64,000 bases of DNA, from positions 35,813 through 99,812 of the forward strand of contig VBFD01000109.1 of assembly GCA_005883585.1 (NCBI GenBank), read 5' to 3'. Shown here one piece after another: positions 24,888-34,400 of this stretch. Each line of letters begins with the position of its first letter. The first letter of the stretch is position 1. The notes under the pieces were generated by a model. The model searched no databases, was not told the origin of the DNA, and saw nothing but the letters and a program-made list of their open reading frames with translations. The position numbers and the translations under genes are program-made. The stretch is from Chloroflexota bacterium. Lineage in GTDB: Bacteria > Chloroflexota > Dormibacteria > Dormibacterales > Dormibacteraceae.

Positions 24888-26196
24888 CGATCAGGAGCGG
24901 GATCAGGTTCGCGACATTGGGCGAACCCAGGCCGGTCACGGCATCCCAGCCAGGTTTGGCGTCGTATCCCGCGATGCCCATGAAGGTGTTGTTGCCCGCG
25001 GTGACGTCGTTGAAGGCGGTGCTGTAGGCGTCGCTCTTGCCGATGTGATAGAGCGTCTTGTTGATCGATCCCAGGCGGTGACCCGCGGCCTGGTCGGCAA
25101 GGGCCACGATTGCCGCCCACTGCGGGGTGCCGGCGCTCGTTCCGGCGGCAAATGCGCCTCGTCCGTTGTAAATCACCAGGAAAGGCTTGCCAGGATCAGC
25201 GTTATAGGCTACATCGGGCACCCCCCGAGCTTTGTTGTTGTCCTTTTGGAGAGGGGCCTGATAGCTGGGGCGGCGATATAGGGTGCTGAAGCCGCCGCCG
25301 CTTGCGCCCGCGATAGCAGGGGGCGCTGGCGTATTCCAGGCCGTTTCTGACATATACGCTCCTTCTTTGCCCGCCACCAGGCGAGTGCCACCCACTGCCG
25401 TGACCCCAGGATCGGACGCGGGGGTAGAAGCGCTGAACACCAGGGTCTTACTACCATCGCAAGCCTGTCTTGCGGCCCCCTTGTCACCGGACGACGCAAA
25501 CACTGTGATTCCCATCTCGGCGGCCTTCTCAAAGACCGCGTGCTGCTGTTCGAGCACCGCCTGGCTGGCGCACATCTCCGCCTCACCGAAGCTCTGGGTG
25601 ATGACGTCGCCAAGATTGTTGTCGACCGCAAACTGCGTCGCGGCCACCAGGTCGGTGTCCTTTTCGCTGCTGGCTTCGACCAATACGATCGCCGCCTCCG
25701 GTGCCGCGACGTGGGCCAACTCGACGTCGATCGTTATCTCCTTCGAAAAAGAGAGCTGAGGCTTATTAGGGTCGGGGTCCCAGGGTGGGATACCGACCAT
25801 GGGGTGCTTGGTCAGGTGGATCGGCGGAAGCCCAAACAGAGTGTCAAATGTCGCGACATCTGTATCGAGCGTCGGACTCTGGAAGGCGTCGATGATGACG
25901 ATGGTTCGGCCGGCCCCATTGATGCCTTGCTCCAGCATGGCCTGAATGCCGTACGCGGCGCGGATAGTCTGAGGCGTAAAGCAGCCGAGTGGGATCGATT
26001 TCAGACAGGGGGGCAAGGTGATGGTCCCGTCGGCCTCAGAGTCCGCGTAGAAGTCGACCTGGGACTCGGCGTCGACCGCCGGCACCATCGCATGGCCGAA
26101 GCTCGCGGCTGGTACAGACCCAGCGACGAGGAGAGGCGCGGATAGCGCCAAAACAGCCGCGCGCGCACAGAGGGTGCGTACCCTCGCAAACGACAT
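24874..26196 (-). CDS. Secreted S53 (sedolisin/kumamolisin-like) serine-carboxyl peptidase, no obvious pro-domain
   Basis: Signal peptide MSFARVRTLCARAAVLALSAPLLVAG. Motifs FTPQTIRAAYGI, GRTIVIIDAF, EITIDVELAH, FASSGDKGA and AAGTSAGTPQWAAIVAL. ATG 26196 has a strong SD (AAGGAGAGGGG); the track ORF opens at 26265. Confidence 0.7.
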   Translation of the reverse strand: MSFARVRTLCARAAVLALSAPLLVAGSVPAASFGHAMVPAVDAESQVDFYADSEADGTITLPPCLKSIPLGCFTPQTIRAAYGIQAMLEQGINGAGRTIVIIDAFQSPTLDTDVATFDTLFGLPPIHLTKHPMVGIPPWDPDPNKPQLSFSKEITIDVELAHVAAPEAAIVLVEASSEKDTDLVAATQFAVDNNLGDVITQSFGEAEMCASQAVLEQQHAVFEKAAEMGITVFASSGDKGAARQACDGSKTLVFSASTPASDPGVTAVGGTRLVAGKEGAYMSETAWNTPAPPAIAGASGGGFSTLYRRPSYQAPLQKDNNKARGVPDVAYNADPGKPFLVIYNGRGAFAAGTSAGTPQWAAIVALADQAAGHRLGSINKTLYHIGKSDAYSTAFNDVTAGNNTFMGIAGYDAKPGWDAVTGLGSPNVANLIPLLIDGKG

Positions 26197-26369
26197 GAAA
26201 TCCCCTCTCCTTTCCTCACGATGCCCGGTGACCGGGCTCGATCGTGGCCGAAATTCTAAGACCAACTTTGACCCCCATCACAGATTAAGAGATGATTTTT
26301 TCAGTCGCGGGCTGGCAAGTCTGGCGGTCGGGTGTTAAGTCAGAATCGCATTGTTCAGGAGGCCGGGCG

Positions 26370-27602
26370 GTGACCGCGAAACGAGTAGTGATCGTTGGAG
26401 GTGGGGGCGCCGGGGACGCAGCGGCGTTCGCGCTGCGGAAAAGGGGCTTCGACGGCGACGTGGTGATCCTCAGCGCCGACGGCGACAGGCCCTACGACCG
26501 GCCGTATCTGTCCAAGGAGTTTCTCAGGGGCGAGGTCGAGCTGAACAAGGTGTACCTGCACGAGGAGGCCGAATACGCCGATGAGCGGATCGAGCTTCGG
26601 CTTCAGCAGCGTGTGGTGGGGGCTTCACGGCCCGAGCGCACCCTCGCGCTGCAGAGCGGGGACGAGGTCAAGTTCGACACGCTCGTCGTGGCGACAGGAG
26701 GCACCCCCCGGCGAATATCCGATGCACCCGATTCCTACAACGTCATGACCCTGCGGTCGCTGCGCAACAGTCAGGCGTTGCGCGAGGCGCTCAAGCGGGG
26801 CTCCAGGCTCCTGCTGGTCGGGGCGGGGTTCATCGGCGCCGAAGTCGGTGCGTCGGCAAGGCATCTAGGCAAGGAGGTGCTGATGGTGGAGTCGGCGCCG
26901 GTGCCGCTCGCCCGGGCGCTCGGCACCGAGGTGGGAGAGCTCTACGCCTCCATCCATCGCTCCCATGGTGTCGACGTGCGCACGAGCACCACGGTCAAGG
27001 ACTGGCACACGTACGGCGGCCGGGTGACCGGGGTGACCCTGTCCGACGGAAAGCGCGAAGACGTGGATCTGGTCCTGATCGCGATCGGCATCGATCCCAA
27101 CCTCGACGTGCCCAGGGCGCTGGCGCTGTCGATCGAAGGCACCGGGGTGCGCGTGGACGAAGGCCTACGGGCCGCCGATGACGTGTACTGCGCGGGTGAC
27201 ATCGCGCTGCACCAGCACCCTGTGCTCGGTGAGGCGATTCGCGTGGAGCACTGGGAGGTCGCCAAGCACCACGGTCGTGGCATCGCGGTATCGATCGCTT
27301 CCGGCTTCGCACCGGTGACGAGACTCCCCTACTTCTGGTCCGACCAGTACGACGTCAGCCTCGAGTATCGCGGCCACGCCTCCGGCGGTGATCAAGCCGT
27401 CTGGCGGGGCGACAAGGAAAAGCTGACCTTCTCCGTCTTCTACCTTCGCGGAGGGCTGATTCGGGCCGTGCTCTCGCTGAACGACACGAAGACCAACGAG
27501 GTCGGGGGCAAGCTGATCGAAGCCGGTAAGCGGATCGACGAAAAGACGCTCGCCGACCCGGCGGTCGACCTGTCGGAGCTGATGCCCACGCCTGCTACCT
27601 GA
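26370..27602 (+). CDS. FAD-dependent pyridine-nucleotide-disulfide oxidoreductase (ferredoxin-reductase-like)
   Basis: VVIVGGGGAGDAAAFALRKRG (FAD GxGxxG). YDRPYLSKEFLRGE. LLLVGAGFIGAEVG (NAD GxGxxG). CAGDIA. GTG 26370 has AGGAGG 7 nt upstream. Confidence 0.8.
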   Translation: MTAKRVVIVGGGGAGDAAAFALRKRGFDGDVVILSADGDRPYDRPYLSKEFLRGEVELNKVYLHEEAEYADERIELRLQQRVVGASRPERTLALQSGDEVKFDTLVVATGGTPRRISDAPDSYNVMTLRSLRNSQALREALKRGSRLLLVGAGFIGAEVGASARHLGKEVLMVESAPVPLARALGTEVGELYASIHRSHGVDVRTSTTVKDWHTYGGRVTGVTLSDGKREDVDLVLIAIGIDPNLDVPRALALSIEGTGVRVDEGLRAADDVYCAGDIALHQHPVLGEAIRVEHWEVAKHHGRGIAVSIASGFAPVTRLPYFWSDQYDVSLEYRGHASGGDQAVWRGDKEKLTFSVFYLRGGLIRAVLSLNDTKTNEVGGKLIEAGKRIDEKTLADPAVDLSELMPTPAT

Positions 27603-27608
27603 GCAGCA

Positions 27609-28043
27609 CTACTCCTGGAGCAGCCACGGGAGGGCTTCCGCCATTGGGCGGAGCAACGTCTGCTGCTGCTGTTTGGGCAACAGCCCGTCCGCGAGAAGGC
27701 CCAATGCCGCCGCGAACGCCGCGTTCTCGGCTTTGTGGCCCATCTCGCCATGCTCTGCCCGCCAGGAGATGAGCGCGGAGCCGGATTCGGTCATGCCGAA
27801 GAGCGTGCGCCGGACCTCGTCCCAGGCCGGACCGCGGTCCGCAGCCTCGATAGCCTGCAGGGCTGCCTTCTCAGCCTGGCGGAACTCGGGCAGCCCGTGC
27901 TCACCGACGTGCGTGTCCCAACCCTGCGCGACGCGCTCCACGCCTGACGGCGAGAGTATGCGCACGTCATCCATGAGTCGCGCGATCGTGCGCTGGTGCT
28001 CGGGGAAGCCGTAACCCTCCTGGTCGACGCCCATGGCCGTCAA
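27609..28043 (-). CDS. Hypothetical helical protein (144 aa), last gene of the 35926-27609 operon
   Basis: ORF with plausible composition, 21 nt downstream of the methyltransferase stop. No family recognised. Confidence 0.45.
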   Translation of the reverse strand: MTAMGVDQEGYGFPEHQRTIARLMDDVRILSPSGVERVAQGWDTHVGEHGLPEFRQAEKAALQAIEAADRGPAWDEVRRTLFGMTESGSALISWRAEHGEMGHKAENAAFAAALGLLADGLLPKQQQQTLLRPMAEALPWLLQE

Positions 28044-28064
28044 GGGTAACGCGGAAACTGCGCT

Positions 28065-28826
28065 TCAGGCTTGACCCCGATCCAGCCTCGCCATCAAGAA
28101 GGACGGGCCTAGCCGCCAGCGCTCCCACCATCGGACGCCGCTCCCCCCAACGTCCAGACGCATGACCGCAAAGCCCGTATCCGCCAGCGCGGCGCGCAGC
28201 GACCTGACGTCGATGGGGTGGTAGTGCTCGGCGAGCTCCGCGAATCCGGCGTTGGCGTAATACCTGGCCGACCGCGCCTTGGCCTGCGCCTGTGCACGGC
28301 GGTCGGGATACATCGGGCTGTCCACCGCGACGAGCACGCCGCCGGGCCGGAGCACGCGAGCTGATTCGCGGATCGACTCCTCGACGGGGGCGTAGTGGAG
28401 CGATGCGGCATAAAGCGTGGCATCGACCGAGGCGTCACGGACGGGCAAACGCCGCATATCGCCTCGCACTCGCAGTTGGCCAGGCCGGTCCTCTGCGTCG
28501 AGCAGGTCGATCGCGATGACGTCGGCGTCACGCAGGTATCGGGCAGCCCAGCCACCCCCTGCACCGATGTCGAGCAAGACCGGCCGCCCACGTCCTGCCC
28601 ATTCGCGCCTGAGCGCGGCCGCGGCTCTAGAAACCGACTGCAGCCGGCGGGCCCAGAGGTGCGGGTCACCGCCATCTGGATCCTCCCTGCCGCTGGGGCC
28701 GATCCATCCCTCACGCCGGCGAAGCGCGGTGTACTGAGCGGCGAACCGGTCAGCGGAGATAGGCGGGCACCCAGCTGAATCGCGCCAGCGCGATGGGGCC
28801 CGCCCCAGAGGCGATGACCTGTGCAT
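28065..28826 (-). CDS. Class I SAM-dependent methyltransferase
   Basis: VLLDIGAGGGWAARYL (motif I), DVIAIDLLD, ASVDATLYAASLHY and LRPGGVLVAVDSP. The start is uncertain: ATG 28826 overlaps the DoxX gene by 77 nt, and no canonical start lies nearer. Confidence 0.7.
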   Translation of the reverse strand: MHRSSPLGRAPSRWRDSAGCPPISADRFAAQYTALRRREGWIGPSGREDPDGGDPHLWARRLQSVSRAAAALRREWAGRGRPVLLDIGAGGGWAARYLRDADVIAIDLLDAEDRPGQLRVRGDMRRLPVRDASVDATLYAASLHYAPVEESIRESARVLRPGGVLVAVDSPMYPDRRAQAQAKARSARYYANAGFAELAEHYHPIDVRSLRAALADTGFAVMRLDVGGSGVRWWERWRLGPSFLMARLDRGQA

Positions 28827-29187
28827 TGACCAGCACGCCGAGGTAATAGAGCCATCGGAAGCCGTCGTCTTTGACCTCGAATCCGACCGAGAGCGCAAGA
28901 CCGGTCGCCAGCAGCAAACCCAGGATGCCGGCCCACCGCGTGGCCAAGCCGACGATCAACAGAATCGCCACCAAAGTCTCACCGGCAGTCTGGGCGACCG
29001 CGAAGAAAAACCAGTTCGGTGCCACGACCTGGGCGAGGAGATCACGGAGCCCGGGGATCGGGTTGGAAGGTCCGGCCGCCTGCATCAGGTCCCTGACCCA
29101 CCCGACTCCCTGCCATTTGGTGCTGGCGAAGTACAGCCAGTAGAGACCGACGGTTATGCGGAAGACGCTCGCCCAGGCCTCACTCAT
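28750..29187 (-). CDS. DoxX-family membrane protein
   Basis: 145 aa, MSEAWASVFRITVGLYWLYFASTKW...FFFAVAQTAGETLVAILLIVGLATRWAGILGLLLATGLAL. ATG 29187 lies inside the longer track ORF 28750..29589. Confidence 0.65.
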   Translation of the reverse strand: MSEAWASVFRITVGLYWLYFASTKWQGVGWVRDLMQAAGPSNPIPGLRDLLAQVVAPNWFFFAVAQTAGETLVAILLIVGLATRWAGILGLLLATGLALSVGFEVKDDGFRWLYYLGVLVNAQVIASGAGPIALARFSWVPAYLR

Positions 29188-30082
29188 GGGCGTTGACCGC
29201 GACGACGAGGAGGCCAAGCCGTGGATCCGCCGCCAGCCCGACCGCGGCGGCGCCACGCGCCCACCCGCCGGGGCTTCCGTTGCGAATCGCGAGCACGTCG
29301 CGCTCACCGTGAGCAGCGACAAAGATGGTCGATCCGGATTGCAGCACCTGGTCTGGGTCCTTGGGGGTAGCAAGCGTTTCGAAGCGGCCGGTAGCAGTGT
29401 CGAAGGAGAACACACCACCGGGGTCGGTGTCTTCAGCCGCACCTTCGGCCGCGATGAGGAGCGTGTCGCCTGCGCCTGGCGCGAGCCAGAACGGAGAGAG
29501 GCGCACGGGCATCCCCACCCGATGGTCGTCGCCGGCGGGTACGAGCTGGGCTCTTTCGTAATCGGCAGACCAGAGGCGCCCACCAGCAAAGGCCACCGCG
29601 AAACCGTTGCCCGCCGCCAGCTGGCCGCCGCCCAGCACGCTCAACTGTCCCCGGGTGCCCGCGACGACGACGTCACCCGCTCCATCGACGGTCATCGCCG
29701 CGGGGCCTTGAGGGACAGGATCCGAGGCGAGCTTTGTCCCGGTGGAGGGCTCGAGCTCCAGCACGGCAGCGCCGTCGAACAGGCTCACGAACAGCCGGCC
29801 TCGATGAACAAGCAGGCCAAAAGGCGCACCGCCGACGTGTTGCTTCCACGCCACCTGAAGGCCGGGCAGGCGCACCCCATAAACGTCGCCCGGGGCACTG
29901 TCCGCCACGAAGGCCATCTTGCCGTCATCGGCAACCGTCACCGCGACGGGGTCGCTACCAACTGACGCCGAACCCTGCTCACTCCCGTCTTGCAAAGACA
30001 GCAGCACCAGTCCGGTCTGCGGATACGCATGCGCCGAGGCGACCGGGGACGCGGCGCCGCATGCAATCGCGAGAGCTGCCAA
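29180..30082 (-). CDS. Beta-propeller-like lipoprotein (lipobox LAIAC), start codon unresolved
   Basis: ...RAQIAAVLAALAIAC/GAASP, followed by about 280 aa of short repeated beta-strand motifs (VAVTVADDGKMAFVAD, LLVHRGRLFVSL, AAMTVDGAGDVVVAG, GFAVAFAGGRLWSAD, LLIAAEG, IFVAAHG, LLVVAVN). The only canonical in-frame start after the upstream stop is TTG 30082, which would give a truncated signal peptide. Confidence 0.55.
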   Translation of the reverse strand: MAALAIACGAASPVASAHAYPQTGLVLLSLQDGSEQGSASVGSDPVAVTVADDGKMAFVADSAPGDVYGVRLPGLQVAWKQHVGGAPFGLLVHRGRLFVSLFDGAAVLELEPSTGTKLASDPVPQGPAAMTVDGAGDVVVAGTRGQLSVLGGGQLAAGNGFAVAFAGGRLWSADYERAQLVPAGDDHRVGMPVRLSPFWLAPGAGDTLLIAAEGAAEDTDPGGVFSFDTATGRFETLATPKDPDQVLQSGSTIFVAAHGERDVLAIRNGSPGGWARGAAAVGLAADPRLGLLVVAVNAHE

Positions 30083-30090
30083 AACGGCGG

Positions 30091-31428
30091 CTATCTGAGC
30101 GCGCGTAGCACTGGGTCCGTGGCGAGCTGGAAAGCTCTGGCCGCAGGTCGTAGATGCATCTTGTTCAGGCGATGCTGGATGGCCCCCTTCATGATCGCCG
30201 CCCGCAGCTTGTTCTCCGAGAAGTCGGTGTTGAACAGCAGCCGGTTGTGCCGGACCTTGTGCCACTCGCCTCGCTGCCGGCGCTCGCGGACGCGCTCGTA
30301 GAACCCTGTGCCGGGCAGCGGGTAGGCGATCGTGTAGCTCACGTAGTCGAGCGGCAGGCTGCTCGAGAAATTGATGCTGCGGATCAGCGAGTCGGTGGTC
30401 TCGCCCAGGTATCCGACCATGAAGAATCCGGCAGCCTTGATTCCGGCGGCGACGCATGCCTCGACGGCGGCCCGAGCCTGGTCGGGCGTTATGCCCTTCT
30501 TCATCTCCTTCAACACGTTCTCGTCGCCCGACTCGATGCCGAAGAAGATTCGCTTGCAGCCGGCGCGATGCATCTGCTCGAACAGCGCCTGGTCGACGTG
30601 CGTGACTCGGCTCAGGCACTCCCAGGTCAAAGGGAGATGTTCCTTCTCGATCGCTTCGGCCAGCTCGAAGGTGCGCTTGTAGTTGAGCGTGAACAGGTCG
30701 TCCGACATCCAGATGTGGTCGTAACCGAGCTCGGCGATCTCGCGCATCTCTGCGACGACCGATTCGACCGGCCGCGCGCTGAACAGGTCGCCGAAGACCG
30801 ACTTGTGACAGAAGTCACATCGGAACGGGCAGCCGCGCGTCGACATCAGCGGCGTGGTCGCGTCCTTCCAGTGCTTGCGCCAGTAGGCGATGTACTCGGC
30901 GTTCGGGATGTCGCCTCGGTAGGGCAGAGGCAGGTGCGACATGTCCTTGCTGCGGACGCGCGGAGTCGTGCGCACGATCTCGCCAGCGCGCTTGAACACA
31001 AGGCCAGGGATCTCCTCAAACCGCCGGTCGTCGAGGTGGTCCATGATCGAGACGATCGTCTCTTCGCCCTCGCCGACCGCGACGAGGTCGAACTGATCGA
31101 CGAAAGTGTCCGGCTCACCCGATGGATAGGGGCCGCCGACTACGGTCAGCGCCTTGTCGCGGACCTGGTCGGCGAGTGAAAAGGCCTCGTCCTGCATCGT
31201 GATCATGCAGTAGATGCCGATCACCGACGGCTTGAGACGGTCGATCTCGGCCACGACCTCTGCCCGCTCGAGGAAGGTGTGGTCGATGTGGCGCACCGAA
31301 TAGCCGGCACGACGCAGCGCCGCGCCCAGGTACATCAGTCCGAGCGACGGCATGATCCAGTGACGTCCCTGTTTCGGAGCTCGCTGCGGATATACGAGAA
31401 CGACGTCAGCTCGTTCCAACTCTCTCAC
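30091..31428 (-). CDS. B12-binding-domain radical SAM enzyme
   Basis: 445 aa. N-terminal Rossmann-like VVLVYPQ...PSLGLMYLGAALRRAGYSVRHID. CxxxCxxC cluster motif STRGCPFRCDFCHK. GTG start overlaps the upstream stop (GTGA, 31425-31428). Confidence 0.85.
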   Translation of the reverse strand: MRELERADVVLVYPQRAPKQGRHWIMPSLGLMYLGAALRRAGYSVRHIDHTFLERAEVVAEIDRLKPSVIGIYCMITMQDEAFSLADQVRDKALTVVGGPYPSGEPDTFVDQFDLVAVGEGEETIVSIMDHLDDRRFEEIPGLVFKRAGEIVRTTPRVRSKDMSHLPLPYRGDIPNAEYIAYWRKHWKDATTPLMSTRGCPFRCDFCHKSVFGDLFSARPVESVVAEMREIAELGYDHIWMSDDLFTLNYKRTFELAEAIEKEHLPLTWECLSRVTHVDQALFEQMHRAGCKRIFFGIESGDENVLKEMKKGITPDQARAAVEACVAAGIKAAGFFMVGYLGETTDSLIRSINFSSSLPLDYVSYTIAYPLPGTGFYERVRERRQRGEWHKVRHNRLLFNTDFSENKLRAAIMKGAIQHRLNKMHLRPAARAFQLATDPVLRALR

Positions 31429-34400
31429 CTCGCTGCCTGAACCAGGATCACGTAAGACGTGCCGGTGAACGACGGTCCGAACACGTAGTCCAGGCCGGCC
31501 CAGTTGAAGTCAGGCGGAACCAGCTCGCGTCCCCCATGCATCTGGGCACCGGCAATGAAGGGCAGCCAGTACTGCACGCCGAGACTCTTCGACTGCAGGC
31601 GCGCCCAGGCGCCGGTAACAGGCACCCAGTTGCCAAAGTTGCGATCGACCAAGGTCGGGCTCTTGTCGGCGGCGAAGTCGTTGAAGGCCGCCGACTGCTC
31701 GTTGAGTACGCCGACCTCGGTGAAGCCGGGCGCTAGTGACAGCACTTTGACGGCAACCCGAATGCCGATGGCGTCGACGGTGTACGTCACCTCGATCTGG
31801 CCGCGCGACTCGATCGGGTCGAAGGCGTAAGCGTGCGCGGCGTCGCCGCCGATCTCGTCGAGCGTGTAGGTCCGCTTCCAGGTCGTAGTCGTCAGAGTGG
31901 GAATGTCGTCGGTCTTCGCTGTGCGCGAGTAGACCCATCCGTCCGCGTAGTGGACGATCGGAACGCCGAGGCCCATGCCCTCTCCCGCTACTTCGACACC
32001 GGCCACCTCCAGGACGACTCCCTTGGCGAGGAACGCAGTCTTTCCCGTTCCGGTATCGCCCTCGATGCATGCAGCGACTCCTGGATAGATCGACTGCGTC
32101 TGCAGCTCCGATCCGAATCGGTAGGCGAACACCGGCTTGCCGCCCGCAACCTGGTAGTGCGCCTGCTCGCCGAGAGGCCCGAAAGGTGGGCTCGCGTGGC
32201 CGCTCGCCAGGTCGGGGAACAGCGACGTCGCTCTGTAGTAGCTGATGCCCTCGAGCACGAGCGCGTTGACTCCATTGGCGCTCATCCAGCTGACCGCCAG
32301 GCGGCGGTCGGGCGGCAGGACCTGTGAGCCGGCGATTTCGGCCGGCTGCCTGTGGCTGTAGTAGGCGACAACCGGGGAGTCGGTGATCAGCATTCCGTTC
32401 TGGCCGGCCGCAGCGTGACCTGCGGCGATGAGCCCGTTGTTGCCGGCCGCGAAATTGAAGAAGACCGGGAGGAAAGCGACGGCCAGCAGTGCGCCGGCCG
32501 CGGCGGCACCGACACGGGCCACGGCCGGCTGCCGGTCGAGCGCAGCCGCCGCCAGCAGGGCTAGGGACGGCAGCGCCGGGTACAGGTATCGATGGCTCCC
32601 CGTGTACGCGCCTGCCCCGACGAGCGCGAAAACCGTGGTGAGATAGACGAGGGCCGGTACGTGGAGAAAACGGATCACGGCTGGACCGCCGGCTGTTTCG
32701 GGACGGCGGATGGCACCGACCAGGCCGACAATGCCGAGTGCAAACAAAGGCAGGGCCGCCAGCCCGTAAGACGTCGCGAGCTGCACCAGCCGTGCGATGC
32801 CCGTTGCCGCGACGCTGCCGCGGGCGGCGGCGGACAGCACCTCGGTGGAGCCGCGCGCCAGCGAATGCGTGGCCGGCAGGTAGCCGAATTGCAACACTAC
32901 GAGCAAGGCGAGGGCCGGCACCGCCCATGCCGCCGCCGGAATGGAGTGCGCACTCCGCTTCCTGAGCCCCGCGACAACTTGCTCGAGGACAAGCACACCG
33001 ACCGCGGCGCCGATCCAGATCCACGCCTTGGTGGCGGTGACGGCGGCGAGGGCAGCGAGCAGGGCGGCCAATCGCATCTTGCGCTTGATCGCGGCCAGTG
33101 ACGCGCCGGCGAGCAAGGCAGTCATCAGCGGCTCGACGACCGCGGAGCCCGACGTGAAAAGGAAGACGGGATTGAGCGCGAGAAGAATCACCGCGAGCCG
33201 TCCCTGGCGGACGTTGGGCGCGATCCAATAGACGCACGTGAGCGTCGCCAGGCCGAGCATCGCGCCGAGGACCTTCAGCGCGCCGAGCTGCCACAACCCA
33301 AAGACGCGAAGCACCGCCGCAGCAAGCACGTGATAGCCAGGCAGCCAGGTGTCCTCCATACCGAACAGGGGATCGTGGAGGTGTCCGGTCGAGTCAAGGT
33401 TGGCAGCGATCAGCCAGTGCCCATAGCCATCCTCGAACGGTTCTGCCATCTGCGCGGCGACGACCAGGAGCAGCCCGCACAAACCGATCAAGCCGGCGGC
33501 AGGGGCCGCGGCCCGCAGCCGCCCGAGGGCGCGCCGGCCCATGCGGCGCAGCGTTACGACCTGGAGGAGGTCGGCCAGGCTGAGCGCCGCCACGGTGAGG
33601 AAGCCGGCCGCGAACAAGCTCGAGTAGGTGGCGACCAGGTATTGGCTCGCGACCAGGGCCACCGGCACGATCGCGAGCGCCGACAGCCCGAGCACGGCCT
33701 CGACGGCGGTCTTGGGGTCGCCGACGCGAACGTAGGCCTGGTCGCGCCACTCCTGGCCGCGCTCGACGATGCGGTACTTGGGCGTGCGCACGAACTCGCC
33801 GCCTCGCCTGGTCGCGCGGCCGAGCGCTAGAAGAGCGTTGAACGACATCCCCGCACCCACGAGCTGGCAGAGCACCGCAGGCACGCCCGCCCACCACGGC
33901 CGGCCTCGACGCGTCTGGGCGACCATGAACCCGATCCATGGGGAGGCGCTGACTGCGATGGCAAGCAGGAACGCATCCTCGAGCTGCCAGGGCACGTCGA
34001 CGTGGCTTTGGGAGTAGATGACCAGCAGAAACGGGTAGCAGGCGAGCTGGAGCAGCATGACAGGCCCGACGCCGTAAGCGACCAGGTGCACGGCGGCCTG
34101 AAACTTGACCGCCACGCGATTGGAGCTGCGCAGGACCGGGCCCATTAATAGGAAGGCGGACTGAAAGCTGCCGGTCGCCCATCGCGACTGCTGGCGGCGG
34201 TAGGCATCGATCGACACAGGCAGCTCCTCAGGCACGACGAGGTCATCGATGTAGGCGGCGCGCCAGCCGCGGAGCTGTGCGCGGTAGCTCAAATCGAGGT
34301 CTTCCGTCAGGGTGGCCGCACTCCAGCCGCCCGCGTCGTCGATCGTCTCGCGCCGCCACACGCCCGCCGTGCCGGTGAAGTTGGTGAAGTAGCCGCGGTC

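Noticed and set aside
29180-30619. N-terminal 180 aa of the 479-aa ORF
   Set aside because: This part is Arg/Pro/Gly-rich and lies out of frame inside the radical SAM gene. Only the part from the lipobox onward looks like a real protein.
30154-31179. 341-aa + strand ORF
   Set aside because: Antisense to the B12-radical-SAM gene.
31510-34182. 594-aa (31510-33294), 262-aa (33394-34182) and other minus or plus ORFs inside the GT2 fusion gene
   Set aside because: These are out-of-frame readings with extreme Arg/Pro/Gly content. The 1195-aa frame carries all the GT2 motifs and hydrophobic helices.
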